Below are positions 25,134-39,594 of a stretch of DNA of 64,000 bases, piece after piece. The stretch spans positions 64,294,001-64,358,000 of the forward strand of contig OZ260663.1 of NCBI GenBank assembly GCA_965285935.1, read 5' to 3'. The notes below the pieces were generated by a model that was given only the letters and a program-made list of their open reading frames with translations, was not told where the DNA came from and searched no databases. Positions within the stretch are counted from its first letter, which is position 1, and every line of letters begins with the position of its first letter. The translations under genes and the position numbers were made by a program. This stretch comes from Ophelia neglecta (Eukaryota).

Positions 25134-28100
25134 GTAAGTGGTGTTGAAATGATAACATTTACAAAATTCACATGTACAGGGGTTGATAAATTCCTCTTTT
25201 TGCTATGAAAGCTAAGTTGTGCATGTCTTTGTAATGTGAATATGCATGCAGCAAAATTGTTGTGATGTCGAGATCTTCAGCCAGTCTGGGGGTTTAATAC
25301 CAGAACTTGAAAATGAAGTATTTCAGCCAATGACAGCAAATCCAGCAAATTGGTCCAATACTTTGCATGTATTGAGATAGCTCAGAACCTATTTGATGAG
25401 GCGGTTATTAATATCACTTGCTCCGAAAAAAGGAAGGGGGAGGGGAGGGCCACACAAAAGGGACACGCAGAATAGGAGGGGGTGGGGGAGTCAAGAAAAC
25501 ACATGCACAAAGAAGTGGCCCACAAATACTAAGTTGAACCTGTTGTTTGTTATACCTGTAAAGAGGGCTGAAATACTTTCACCAAGATTGATCATCTAAA
25601 ATATATTCACATCTTTTTTGCTTTCTTGTTTCATTTGATTAGGCACCATTTTGAAATAACTGAAAAAAAAACAAGAATTATTTTGCACCCTATTGCGGTC
25701 TAAGTGACAAAAACACTAGTGATTCTTACTCTTGGCTGGGGTGGGGAGGGGAGAGGGCATTTAAAATGTTTAGTCTTCTGAAATTAGTAATTCTTCTCCC
25801 AATGCCAAATAATAAACTTGCATGTTGAGAATTGAACAAAGAGTTTTCAGTGATTTCTAAATGTACATGATACACAGTGACTTTAGGCTGAAATGATGTT
25901 TTTGAAAGACATTTGTTAAGATAATGCCTCAATGAAAACCTCAGGGAATTAGTTTCCATTTACAAGATTGACTTGCATTGATTAATTGGGTATGTAATGA
26001 TGTTTCCATGGAGGCATAACCCTAAAACAATACGAAAAAAATGGTTTCTTAGCAACTCCTTAAACTTGAAGACATTTTATAGGCTACTGCTATGTGCACA
26101 CCGGTTCCTTTAATAGTTTAAAAAAAACTGCTCTATGTAGTCCAAGTCTACATAGAAATCATTTTGCCTCCTCAAATCCATACTTTACAATTGTCTTATA
26201 AGTGCATGGGACCCCTCCCCCCTTATTCTTATTATTATCAGATATTATCAGATATTAGCTGAATCAGGTAAAAAAGGAATATTTACTTTACGGTGTTGAA
26301 ATTATACTGGCCACCGAGTTTGGTTTTTGGTGCTGCAGCAAGGCAAAATATTCCTGGAGAAAATTTGTTTCTAAATAGATCTGCCCCAAAATAATGTTAT
26401 GCTAGGAGTTCTTTTGGCTGATGAATTCTTGTGCAGGTAATTGAAAGGTTGCAAAGGTAGGATGGCCAAGGGGAAGATGAATGTCTGTATTGGTAGAGGC
26501 CTATATTAATCAATGTTTCCTGTCCTGAAGCACTGGTATAGCTCATTCTTCTCAATGGCATGCTTTTAGACTGGGCCGGCACTGTTCTCCAGGTCAACTG
26601 GAGTGTGTATTCTGCTACCGGAGCCTGACATTATTTGATCTATTGCAGTGGATGTCCTTCCTGCTGGCTATAAGGTTATGTACTTAATATGTCTCTTACT
26701 GCCAATGTCCTATTGAAATCAGACTTTTTGCTACATTTGTCTCAATCAACAAAAAAAGAAACATGGTTATTCAGAAATGCAGCTAGATAATCAAAATCCT
26801 TTTACATCGTCTTAAATATTCAGAATATGAGAAGTTGTAGAAATAAATTTCCATGAATGAGGGATTGTTTCCCCTTGTTTGTTCATTATTCTTTAAGGTG
26901 AGGATTACATCAGTCAGTTTCCTCAGCAGCCTGTTTGAGCTGCCATCTCAGATTGGTATCTGGCTAATGCTTCTTTCTCTGGGCGGTATCTTTAGTGTTT
27001 TTGACACATTGCATAGGTGTCACCTTTGCAAGGAATTTCTTCCGAACCAATTGACAACTAGATTTCAATTCTGCATAATTCATTTTCGAGATACCATACA
27101 GTTACTAGTATTAGGGTACAATCTTGCAATTCAACTGTTGCTAGATGTCTGAAGCCCAGGCTTGTGAAATTGATTCAATGATTACCAAAAAACTTTCAGG
27201 ACACAACAAATCTGTGCTGATTCCTTTTGACAATGCTGAGTCAATCAAGACGGAATAAATTTGTTTACAGGCAAACGTGAAACCTAAGATGGCATGTACC
27301 AATGTTTTCATGCCACTGGAGGATGTGGTGGCTTTCCCTTGTACCCTTGATAACATGACAAGACGTGATTGTAGTTAGCGATTTGGGGCCTGGGTTAATT
27401 GTGGAGAGGACGTATCCTCTGTGAGTCCACAGGGAATGCTTCTGCACCAGACTGAGATTGACACCTCTTTCATTTTGGTCCTTTATTTGCAGCCTCTGAG
27501 GAAAGCTTGAAAGGCACAAGTCTCTTGATACCAGTATAAAAGCCTGTGGGATATGGGAAGATTGGAGTATGGAGTTGGTAAATGACTGCCAATGACTCCT
27601 CAGGTGGTTGCTATATCCAAAATTTATTGGTTGGCCTGATATGTCAAACTTGCCCAAATTCTAGGTTTGACGACACAGATTCAACTTGCTTGCAGACAAA
27701 TAAATATACACGTAGCTATCCAAATGGCTCCATATCACCCGAGACGGCCAAATGCTCAAAGGCTTCCTTGCGGGAGACCAAGACTAATGTCTCTGCGGAC
27801 GCATTAAAAGGAGGAGGGGAAGGAAATTGAAGGATCAAAGTCTGAAATGAGTGCTATGACTTTAATCCTAATCAGTTTTCTTGGCCTCTCAGATAGAAGG
27901 TGCTTGGTGTGTATGTGAGAGGATAGAGGGAAGTGGGTTAGAGCTAGCAGAGTGAGGCTGGGCCCATACCTGTCGGCCAATCAAGCTCCCTCTTTCATGT
28001 CTACAGTGGGGTCAACTTATTGTGGTTAACAGGCTGGGACTGGACCTGTTCACGTCCTGATGGTGAAACATGATTTATGAGTGACTTGTGGTCATGTAAC

Positions 28101-31100
28101 CTCTCCAGCCACAGAGGATAAGAACTGCTGACTGGTTATCAAACAATACCAGACGTGGCTACAATATAAACCTCCTACAGGCCTATCTCCTTCACCAACC
28201 GGCAAGAATACTTCCAAATTGCATTCTTAATTAATCATGTAAAGAGAGAGCTAGAGTAGGGCAGTTTAGAGCTGGGTCCATTGATTGGGTGTGTGTGCCT
28301 GGCTGGCCGCTTGCTCTGGCCCTCTCTCGCAACTATTGCCTTTGTCCTGCAAAACACTATTGTAACTCACCGCCACCATATGCCAGCCCATCGCGTGAAT
28401 GTGCGCAAAGCATTAGGCAAAAGAGGAGCTACTTTTGGTTTTCATTGACTGCACCATTCAAGTGATGTTTTGGACATTACCATACCAAGTATGTATAAAA
28501 CCACTGTCTGCTTTCAGTCGTTATGTGTGGTTCCTTGTAGGTTCCGTGTTCCCATTGTGTGGTGTGCTGGTGATCCTGCATGTGGTATGGGATGGGTGGT
28601 TCCCAAGTAGCTCCCTGCTGTTGGAGCCTACTGCTAGGGTTAAAGATGATGACCGTGCCTGCCGCCTGCCGTTTGGGGGACTTGTGTGATCACTCTGTCT
28701 TCAGGGTGCCTGATGACACTTTGTCTCCACCAAGACCATTTGTCTCCACAGTGAGTGTAGTCCAGGAGGATTGTCAGGGTGACTCTCCCCAAGCCTATAC
28801 CATCAATCTTACTATCTGGGAAACGGACGCCCATGGCCAGCACATCCGTCTCTGTTACAGATCGCCGACAACCATGATAATACAATCATATTACAGTGCA
28901 GCCAGAAAGGTGCTAAGCCAGCAGGTTGAGATAGCCATTACTGGTCTGTCAACATTAACGTGTACCCTGCTTCATCATCTTAGACATTTTTAGATGTGCT
29001 GGTGCTGAAAGCTATTTCTTTTCTGCTAAAGTTCACAGGAACCCAGCTCTACAACCTCATCATAACAATACCTCAATCTAATGTGTCTGTATCTGTCTTT
29101 GTTCTTTTTTAAGAAAATGAATTAAAAAAAGGTTTATTTGCTTTGCCTTTCAAGGCCAACAACTCTCTTCATCTTCATTTTGACCATTATTTCCATCATT
29201 TTGATTTGTTAAATAACAGGGTGTTGATGGTTTAACAGCACCAATCTAATGGGATGATGTATTGTGATGGATTTTTAAGATCATTGCAGGGTCTTAAGTC
29301 TCCAGCTGGTGTCATTAATCTGAAGATGACAGGTATGCTTCACGATTCAAGCTGGACAGGAGCAGTTCTGGTAGCATGTGAATTCTGACTGGATCTAAAC
29401 ACTCTATGAGACATTGCTGAAAGTTAATCTGCATCAATTTTTCAGTATACAGTTTTGACTAATAGGAATTATACTTGAAACATTTCTATTCCATGTAAAT
29501 TAAATATATGCTTTCTAATCCGAAATTATGCCCTAGGTATGTAGATGAGATATTCTTTAGGGTTGGTTGCTACCTGACTTCATAAGTACTCTGGTAATGA
29601 TGTTAAGAATGTTTTGATATTGGTGAACAACTAAGCTTGAAGAATCCAAATGTTGAATTGAACAAACATACCAGGGTACATGTTATGTTATCACTGGTTT
29701 TATAACAGCATTTTAATCTAGTTACTAAATTTGACGAGCAAGCCAACATTAGAAACATGAGAAAGGCATTTTGACCTTGAAACATTTATGTTTGAGTTTT
29801 TATAGAAGTGGCATTTGTTAGACTTTGGGGTGTACCTTGTTCCCTTGAGTCTAATGTAATGGCCGCTAACACCTCAGCTGAGCTATAGGACTGTCTATCA
29901 AAATTACCCAACGGGTCTCCCTCATATTGGCAACGGAAATGAACTGTTATACATTGTCACCACTTCCGCCAGTCAATATTCCAAGGCTGCCTCGGTATCA
30001 TTTGCTGTGCTGGTGTGAGTATTTCAGTGGTGAATAGTGTTCTTGATTGTGACCTAATTGAATTTGAGGAGCAGGGCCTTGCAATGGCATGGTGAGAAGG
30101 GAACATCAGACGACAATTGTCCATATTTGTTCACCCAGCTGAGAGGGCATGGTGTATTATCTAACACAGTTTTATTGTTTTGTGTGCAATATTCTTCTTT
30201 CATTTGGATTCTGTTTGAACTAATCGTTGTTAGGGTAGTTGAATATTTAAAGTTGGATGGTGTAAATTTAAATGGAATGGCACCAAGTACCTGACAAGGG
30301 TCAATTTATACTTACATTCTTAGAACTCTCCATTTCTTCCTTAAACGCCATAAGTGTTATTTGTTCGTATTTTTTTGGAAGAATCATAACCAATTGCTGT
30401 CTGCTGTTTGCAAGAATAAAACAAAATATGTTTAAGTTAATGCTTTAACAGGTCAAGGCAGATGGCATATGGTGAGTGATAGGTTTTTATCAAACATACA
30501 CTTATGTACATGTATAAACATGTACATATACATGTACATGTATGAGGAATAAAATGTACAAAACTGTTATAGTGATTTTTACATATTGTAATCATGACTA
30601 GAAAGATAGCCCCATTTAAGGCCAAATCTCAACCCAGTCTTAGGAGTATAAATTCCCTGAGTATGGGGTAACAGGGTGCTAACATGTACTAGACTATCAC
30701 AGATAATATGTATTGATGTATGTCACACAGGAGTGAGGTGTAAATCTAGTCTTGTTGCTGGAGGACAGCTGCCATAAAATCTTTCACATGCCCAGAGAAG
30801 CATGCTGAATCCACTTGTATTATGTTTCCACTCCTCAGAGCTCCTCAGTTGATGATAGTTAGTCTTCATCTATGAGCACAATCCAGACAATCAAATACAT
30901 GCCACTGGCCATCACGGATGACCCAGCAATTACAAAAAGCATACACCAGAGACAACTTAAGGCTGGGCTGAGAACACAAAACGCCCAGTTATGTCCTCCT
31001 TAATGGTACATTGTATGGATTGGTGAGTAAAGGGAATAGGACCATCATCATCTGGAGCTATCTGGCCTCAGTCTTTATGACATGGTTCTTGATGGCCACC

Positions 31101-32479
31101 ATAAGGCAGGCCATGGTGTGACATAACCCATATGAAATACCCAACCCCTGACATCTAGTGGTGAAAAATGAGAAAACATTGCTCAAGATATTCACAATTG
31201 TTGCCTTTGGTGAGAACTCTAAATTTACAGCACAGTTTATGAGATTTTTTATTGTTATTCTGGTCAAAGGCAGTGACCAGCTTATGTTAGCATCAGCCTG
31301 AAGGTTAATGAACAGGGCAGGATTGCTGAAAGCTTTCATGGTTTTAGTGACAGAATGCACAATCGCTGTAAGCAATATGTCACCCAAATCTCTTGGAGTT
31401 GCAAAGGCGTTATGGCCTCCTGACTGATCTCTGGGGTGGCAGATGAATGCTGGGAATTTGAAATACTGTCTCTGTGATTCAGATGACATGTATGGCATGT
31501 GCTGTTGGCTGATGGTAGTGCATTGATCACTGGTTAGGAAAGAGGGATTGTAATTGGCCTCGCCAGAAAGGCTCTGTGGGACAGGCATGGGCTACTCCGC
31601 AGGACACCCGCCAAACTAAGTGAACAATCACAGCGTTCTGACTCCTGAAAGAAGTCCTGCCATGTTACTCTATGAATGTTTAATTGCCATGTAAAGGATG
31701 TAGCAGAGAGTAGGTACCCAAGTCATGACTAACCCTGCAGAGGTCAGCCTAACTTCTTGTTGTAGTCATTGGTAGTGATAAAAGCTCTCACATGCTTGGC
31801 TGCCTGCTACACCAAGGCAAATTGGACACTTCTCTGCTGGTTCCCAATTATCAGTAAAAGCTCTCAAGTGGCTAGGACGGGAGCAGAGACCAGACTCTTA
31901 GATTCATCACTTTTATTAACTACTGCTAACCTCTTTTTCAAAATCTTCTCAATAGATGCGGAAGTCTTTTCACCTGCATGGCCCTCTGTTTGATCAGTGG
32001 TATAATGTGATATAAAATCAGCGCTACAGGATGGCAGCGTTTATGGAACAGGAAATGATTAGGACTGGCAAGGCTTACACAGGGTTAGGGCAAACGGGAA
32101 ATTGAAATTGAGAGATTTGAAATGCAATCTGCCAATATTCATTGCAAGCCTCCATTCATCTCTGTCAAATGTTAATTAATTATTATAGGCGAGATGGTAT
32201 TGTTTGTATTTGATCAGTTTTAGGAAGTTCTTTGTAGCTTAAGTTTTTACTGTCTGAATGAACATTGTAAGAGACTGGATAATGATCCCATTTGTTTTTT
32301 AGATAGAAATGCTAATATATCTATCCATAATTCAAGATGCATAGATTCAGTGAAAAAATCCTGTGCAGGTGTTTCTTAATAAATTGATCATCTCCAACTT
32401 CTCACACTCTTTGCATATTTTAGCCCAACACTATGGATGTAATGCAGAAAAACTGGTAATGAATTACAGGTGATTGTGC

Positions 32480-32730
32480 AAATCTATCAAAACTAATAAC
32501 TTCACCCAGTATTAGTGCTGGGATCATGTCTATGACAGAACAAAAGTTCTTTATTTACTGGAAGGTGTTGACCTTCAGACAGTCTGCAAAGATAAACTGT
32601 ACAGACTTTATAATGATCTGTTGTCATACACATTAACCAGCCAGCTATCCGTCCAACTGCTCGTCCAACCACTCAAACAGACAGACCTTGTTAAGATATT
32701 CCTGCTGAGCTCTCAGGGATTAATACATGC
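32480..32730 (-). mobile_element. Possible decayed HINE/pearl-type element end
   Basis: Microsatellite-like ccagccagc/ccgtccaac/acagacagac tract followed by a weak hairpin (attcctgctgagctctcagggatt); upstream ttgacctt motif. Confidence 0.3.
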
Positions 32731-35171
32731 TATTAGGCCATTTTTTACTGTCATCTGAACTGATGTAGGAGAGCCCTGATCAATTTTAATGAATTAATCT
32801 GTCCTAAAATGTGAAGGATTTCTGTATATCATCAGCATCCTATTCACAAATGATCTTCCCCAACTGACAAATCTATGTTTTTCTCAAATGTGGAAAGTGA
32901 GCAAAGTTCATGCATTAAAAAAGTGAATATGTGTGTTGCCTAAATCAGTTTGATTCAATTCACCCGTACCCCAGAGTCTCAGGGTGACTGCATTGATGGG
33001 GGCAGACAAGGCATCTGAAGACACCAGCCCAGAGGAAGGCTGTAATGAAATACTGCATGGCCATCATGTATTCAAGAAGGAAGCAGTTGTCTGAGATTTT
33101 ATGATTTATATGGACATTGTGGATTATTCCAGGTCATCATCTCAAAGCAGCCACTCAAGTGGTACTGCTAGTTGTCAGCTGCAGCAAATATTTTGTTCTT
33201 GATTGCAGCACTTATACCTTGCCTTGGCAATAGACACCTGGTCCTATATCAAGGAAAATCATTACTGAATGGACTTGGCTGGATTATGCTGAAAAATAGT
33301 ACCTGTTGTTTTAATTTTTTTCTATAGCTCACCATTAATTGTGAATTAACATTGACTTGCAAATATGAACCTTGCTCAATGCAAAGGGATGCCTCCCAGC
33401 AAAGACAGACTTTCCACTGGCATTACTAAAATCATCTGGAAAATGGTTGGGTCAAGTTCTCCTTAAGATGGGCCAGTTATAGACTAAAGGAGAAGTAATC
33501 AGTCTTTCAGCTTGTCTTGCCATTGAAATCCTCATCTTATCATATTGTCAATTGCAGGAGGGACAGCTGCTTCTGTTGTTGGTTTGTATGTCAATTTCCT
33601 GGCTAGGCTGGTTGCCTACCCCAAAGACCAATCTATATAGTACATGTATCTCTCATTCTTCGATTAACCACCAAACCAGGGAAGCAGTCAACTTGGTGAT
33701 GCCAGCCAGATTGTCCCACCGACTCCCCAAACCACCACATGTGAGCTTTGATAGCAACAGAAAAACTCTTACAGAAATGTGTCAGCTATGAAGCAGGCAT
33801 CAATTTAGGTTGAAATTCATTGTGAACTGAAATACTTATGAAGTAAAAGGACTCGGTAAACCTCTTTCTTGAGAATGTCTTATTGTACGAGTCTGGATCC
33901 TAGATTCACTTTATGAGATGAAAGGCAAATTAAGTTGCAAAGTATGAACACCTGTTTTTAGCAGTATTGAGTGTTGGAAAGCTGTTTTTTTTCCTATCTA
34001 TACTGTGTTCAAATGTAAGGCGTCATCGGGTCTGCTTAGAGTTTGTTGTTAATGTGGTGTTGCAGACTATCTCTGTTCTATACTGTGCTAGGAAAATTTC
34101 ATCAAGGAGCACAACTCCAAGTATATACTGTTATAGCTTTCACATCAACTTATTAATGTAAACTTATGTCAACTGTTGCTATATACATGCAATACTTGTG
34201 TGTCATGGTGGTACAAGTGATGTGAAGGTTTACCGGGCTTATCACTAAAACTATCACTTTATTTATTTTTATTTGTTTACTTAAACTTTATCTATATGCC
34301 ATGTACGTATACATGTATGTAGGTACATGTTCTTCATTTTTACGGATGTTTTAATACATTTATTAAATGATGAAAATGTGATCTTATTGTGCACAGGCTA
34401 TTGGATGGATAACTTGGATTTGATTCATAAACTTACTAAGTAACGCATTAGACTAATCCCTAAACTGTCTTACCTGAAGAAATGGGCTGAAAATGGAATT
34501 CAATCATAGTGATTTATATGCTAGTAAGATTTATAAATATTCTATGCTGTTGATGTCCTCCATCTTATGGTATTTTGTATGTTTTCTAGCGTTGTGCCAG
34601 TGTTGTTGCCAGTTCTTACTAAGCTGTTTGGACTTGTCTTGTATTGGTTGCTGCTTGTGGCAGGCTCTCATCACTTTTTGGTAGACATGCATGTCAGGCA
34701 CTCAGTGTATTTCCGCATTGCTTTGTGTACCCAGGTCCTTGATGCAAAATGAATGAGAAAACTCAAAGATTAGTTCCTTGTCTTGGTAATGCTGTACTGT
34801 GTATGGCTGGGCTGTCACCCCTAGGACCCTGCCTGCAATATGGGACAGCAGGAGAGCATTGCACATTTCATATTAAATTAAGTGGATTTGATACACTAAG
34901 ATGTGGCTTTGTGGGTGGGTTTAGAATGACTAACATGGCAGATGAGATATGTCACCCTACCGCTCCTTTGTTTTCACTCAATATTGTCTTTTGACTCCTC
35001 TGAGTAATAGGAGACCACAAATTGCTACATCTGCAGGTCGACAATGAGGAAGGTGTAATTGGGTTTGACAACCGACATGAACATTTGGACTGTTTAGAAG
35101 GATTAAGTTGGAATGAGCAGAAATACTTTTTATTTGTTTTTATGTCAATGCACATGTGGGTTAGGGTTTTA

Positions 35172-35245
35172 GCTAGAGTGGCTCGGTATGTAAGCTAGGT
35201 GGTGCTACCTGCAGGATGTAGGGCTTCAATCCCAGCCTTGTCCAT
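35172..35245 (+). mobile_element. Degenerate tRNA-derived SINE head
   Basis: A-box-like gtggctcggtatg and B-box-like gggcttcaatcccagcc at tRNA-like spacing; no intact cloverleaf. Confidence 0.35.
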
Positions 35246-38200
35246 AATTACATTAACATTTTTTTATGTAATTGTGGTAACACTTATTACAATAAAAAGT
35301 ATTCACAATCAGAATCTAAATGTAGGCCCACATCAAGGCATCCATCTGCAGGAGCATGGCCTTTCACTGGCTATTTATGGATTTAACATTTCTAGTTGTG
35401 CACTACCAGGTAGTTATATTGACTGCACTCTTTTCATTAGTGCCACTGGATTTCTACCACTATGCTGAAAACCTTACTTACTAAATAACTAGCTCATTCA
35501 GTTATGAATTATTTAATATGTCAATCTGGCCAAGACATATTATTAGATTAACACTAAATGAGATCATTTCAAACCTTTGATAGCCTGCCATATAGTTTTA
35601 ATCTCTGAAGAAGAGTTAATAACCCAAACGGGTCAGTTTGATTAGTACAGCCCTGAATCACGTATGGCATTTGAATTCCTGTTAAAAAATAACTTAATCA
35701 TGCAGTCTGTTGATTAAATGCTAAGAGAACATCACATTTAAACTCCTTTCCTTCCATTTAATATTTTAAAGCTTACACTTGGTCAATGCAACTTCCTTTT
35801 GTCTCTGGATCTGACATCAGGAATCCTTATTCTTATATATTACACAGCATATTCAAGATGTACCAACAACCACTGAGAAATGTTATTGCTATATGTGAGG
35901 TACTTAGGAACAAACATGCTTTGATGAAAGAAAAAATAAACTATACACATTTTATTTTGGATGAATTAATGTACATGTACAACAACTGTTGTTCAAGAAT
36001 TGGTCCTTGAATCCTGTAGACCCTAAGAATTCATGACCCAAACAAGATTTTAGTAGATTTATATAACAAATAGTTGTCATTTATATACTGCGTAGTTGTC
36101 TTAACTATCATTTAATATTTCAAAACTTTGATTAGATTATGTCTGTAGTGTAACACTTCAAGCGTGAGCAGTATATCTTGATCAGCTGGACAAGTGTTCT
36201 GTTTATGGAGTGCCTAGGAGATGAATAATGTATACCCTGCCTTAGAGCTCGAGCCATCTTCATCTGTGCTGTATCTAAACTATACCGAAGGACCAGAGCA
36301 AGGCAGGCTTTATAATAAATCCATGTACATTCTAAAAGAGGGCAGAAACCCACATGAATCATTAAACAGGACTTGACTGCTGGGCAGCTAAGCCTTTGGA
36401 TTGAACTTAAAAGCAGAAAATTGCTTAGGGATGAGGGAAGAACAGGTTTCTTTTAAGTTTGGAAGTACCAATTGCACCCTCTTTAAAGTCAACTCATTTA
36501 TATCTTAAGCTTCATCTGGCCTTTCCTAAAGTACCTGCTGTAAACAAAATATGCAAAAGTCATGATTGCGGTTCCTAGTTAACGAGAGACACAAGGTTTC
36601 ATGAGTTTGTCTGAAAATTCATACACAGTTTGAAAATAGTTTTATCATCTCAGAACTGATAAATACACATATTTAATTTTTTAACTTACATGTGTATGGT
36701 TAATGGTATTATTAGGTATTTATTTGATCATGTTAGCTGTTATTGTAGGATAGAAGTTTTGGTCCGCTCTAAGTAGACAACAATGGCAGTGTGTTTTGGG
36801 TAAAAATTCGGTGCTGACACCCTTTGGTCCGAAGATCATTTTATAGATGTTTCTGCGCATTGTTCATTTTGCTTAAACTTTTACAAAGTAGACAGTACAT
36901 GTCCTATTATAAGTCAGGTCTTAAACATATAAGAACTAGAGTGAATTATATTAAAAACTATATAGTGTGCAGAAAAATTTAAGTGGCAATTAATCTACTG
37001 GACTTTTTAATTGTAATCATGGAGGAATCCTTTCTCAAGTCCCAGAAACATGACAGATTCCTCCAGAGTATTGCTCTACAAAGATAAATTGGCCTACAGC
37101 CGAGACTGGCTGGCAGAGGTATGGTGGCTCCATTGAGCCGGCCATGCATGCAGTGCGCTGGGCAGGAGCATTGTGGTGGACATGTCATTCAGGCTCTGTC
37201 TGGTAGGTCTGATCAGCGAGGACAGCTCAATCAGATGTGTAGGCCATGGACAGGGTCATGCTATTTGGCCTCCCCAGAGATTTCAAACAGCTAAGCCATT
37301 TCTGCAAAGTGATGTAGTGTGGCATAGGTGGAGAGAGAAACAAAAGTAATTGAAACACAAATAAAATAAACAGTTGATGAGCACAATACAGAGCTGTTGT
37401 ACCTTTTTGATTGAATCTTCTGGTTGAGCCAATCCAAAATGTTAGCCAGGCTTCCCTGAGTCACCGAGCCCATTGCTAGAAAGGGTAGGGGCTAATTACG
37501 AATACAATATAAAGCTATGTATTACATTATGAAGGTACAAAAATAAACTAGACTTTGTAGAGATATTATATAAAGTTTTTAAATGTTGCATGGTGATTTG
37601 TGAACTGCACAGAATACACATACAGGGGTACCATATTTACTCAACAAGATTTTTCTATTGAAATAAGCCATTTGGTTTTGGTAAACGGTTTGCCAATCAT
37701 TTGGAAATTTATCTATACATATTTCTTGCGCTATTTAGAGGGACTAATCCTCAGGCAAGTAGTAAAAGTTCTTGTATGTTTATTAATATGGCTTTTTTTA
37801 CAGTTTAAGTACATGAATGGTAACAACGATCTTTTTGAAACAAAACCTTTTATCTAAATTTGCAGTAATAGTTAGTAATTTTATTAAGCTTATAATGTGT
37901 TGGTTAACATTTGAGTTGGAGGTTCAAACACAGTCCAGTGTTGATCACCGCAGTCAGAATGACTAATGAGCTATGTGATTCCCTGGAGGTCATCTGTCCA
38001 TCTCTTTGTCAGCAGACATGTGGTGACTATATAGAGGGTACCCACAAGAGTGGCAGGTAAATTGGAGCCTAATATCTACCTGCTGATTCACGGCTTGATT
38101 AGCCCCAAAGGTTCTCCCAAGCCAAAGAGCTAGATTGCCGTTAATTGCTTATCCAGATTGGCACTTTTAATTATTAATGTTCACTCATAGCATAAGATCT

Positions 38201-39437
38201 ATGTGTACATGTCTTGTTTTTGTCAATGGGCTAAAGGAGTTATGGTTTATTTCTATTCCCTAGATTTTGTTTTTCACATAGAGGCTGGCCAGGTCCAAGA
38301 TATTAGTCAAAACTTCAAGAAATATATTACTTTACTGATTGTCACCTTCTGGACTTCTTTCATTTGCAAGTCAAAGGGAGAGATGCCAGCACGAAAGTTA
38401 ACCACGGCCATATTTTACCCGCCTGCTCCTTTGTGGTCATGATGTCTGACAATAATTTACCTCTTTGGGCTGTTTAAACCAGGAAAACTGCCATTTCTCA
38501 CCACACTAACCTGTGTCACTAAATGGGATTTAGAGGTGACAAAAAGTGACCGCGTCTGCCTGGCCTGTGAATAAATGAGCTGTGTCTGTGGAGGAGGAAG
38601 TGAGAAGACTTAGACTGGTGCCAGACCATCACTTTCACTTTCACAGCATTTTGTGTGATCTAAGGCCAGCCAGAGGACAGCTAGCTGATGGCGCTCCTAC
38701 TTCAGAGTTCTCTCTAGCTTTCACAAGCTGAGCACAGACTCGCAGTACTCAACTGCCATCAGTGGGGTGTGCGTGGAGGGACACTGCAGAGACTGTCTAG
38801 TTGGTTTGACATGCAAATGGCAAAATACCATGCTTAAATTGAGTCCACAGGAAGTTGAATATATGTCGTTTTCCCTTTTTACCACAGCAAAATGTCATCT
38901 CCAATAAAATGCAACAGCATTAATTAAAACAAAGAAAATTTGTTTTTCGTCATTCATAAAATGTGAAAAATTACTAGCAGAATTGTTGGGATTGGCATTT
39001 CATGACTTTGCTTTTCCTCAGCGTAATTGTCTTTCCTGTGCTGTCTCGAGAACACCTGTGTGCGTGTTCAGAATGCTGGGAGGCCTTATAAGGAAGCCAC
39101 TCTGGACCACTTACTGCACAGACAATGGGACTCCAGCACAAAGTTAGGGACATTTGCTGAGCATGTATAAGTCTTTTCCTGTTAGGTGTAAGGCCTGACA
39201 GAAGTTATAAATTCCAGCAAGCCAAGCCATTTGTTTGACATTAGGCAGAAGACTTGGCAATGCTCTTTAAACTTTCTTTTAGAAGTAAAATAGACCTAAG
39301 ACCCTAGAAAATTGCTCAGGTAGATTGGGGCAGTCCTGTTCAACTCATTACAATAACTCAATACAGGCCAGAGCAAGCATTGTCAGAGTCGAATACTTTA
39401 CCATACATGCGTATACATTAGGAAGCGGTGTTTGGTA

Positions 39438-39594
39438 CTGTGAAAACCCCTGATGAAAGAACACCCCAAAATGGCTGAAACCGCTCTATTTGCTAACTGG
39501 TGTGCCATACCTGCCATGTATTTCAACCCCTTATGAGAGACCGCCCCTCGTATAAGACCACTTATTTGGTGTTCTTTCATTAGGGGTTCCACTG
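39438..39594. mobile_element. 157-bp MITE of the Tc1/mariner-pogo type with TA target-site duplication
   Basis: TA|ctgtgaaaacccctgatgaaagaacacc ... ggtgttctttcattaggggttccactg|TA. TIRs are 27-28 bp and begin CWGTG; internal subrepeats (gagaccgcc, aagaccac). Confidence 0.88.

Noticed and set aside
31058-31588. Longest ORF in the window (176 aa, minus strand)
   Set aside because: No recognisable domain and non-coding-like composition; antisense within an intron; this length is attainable by chance in 64 kb.
35172-35245. Possible tRNA gene
   Set aside because: No proper acceptor or anticodon stems; kept only as a low-confidence SINE head.
36139-36180. Faint resemblance to a mollusc SINE central domain
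   Set aside because: Too short and diverged to support without a database search.
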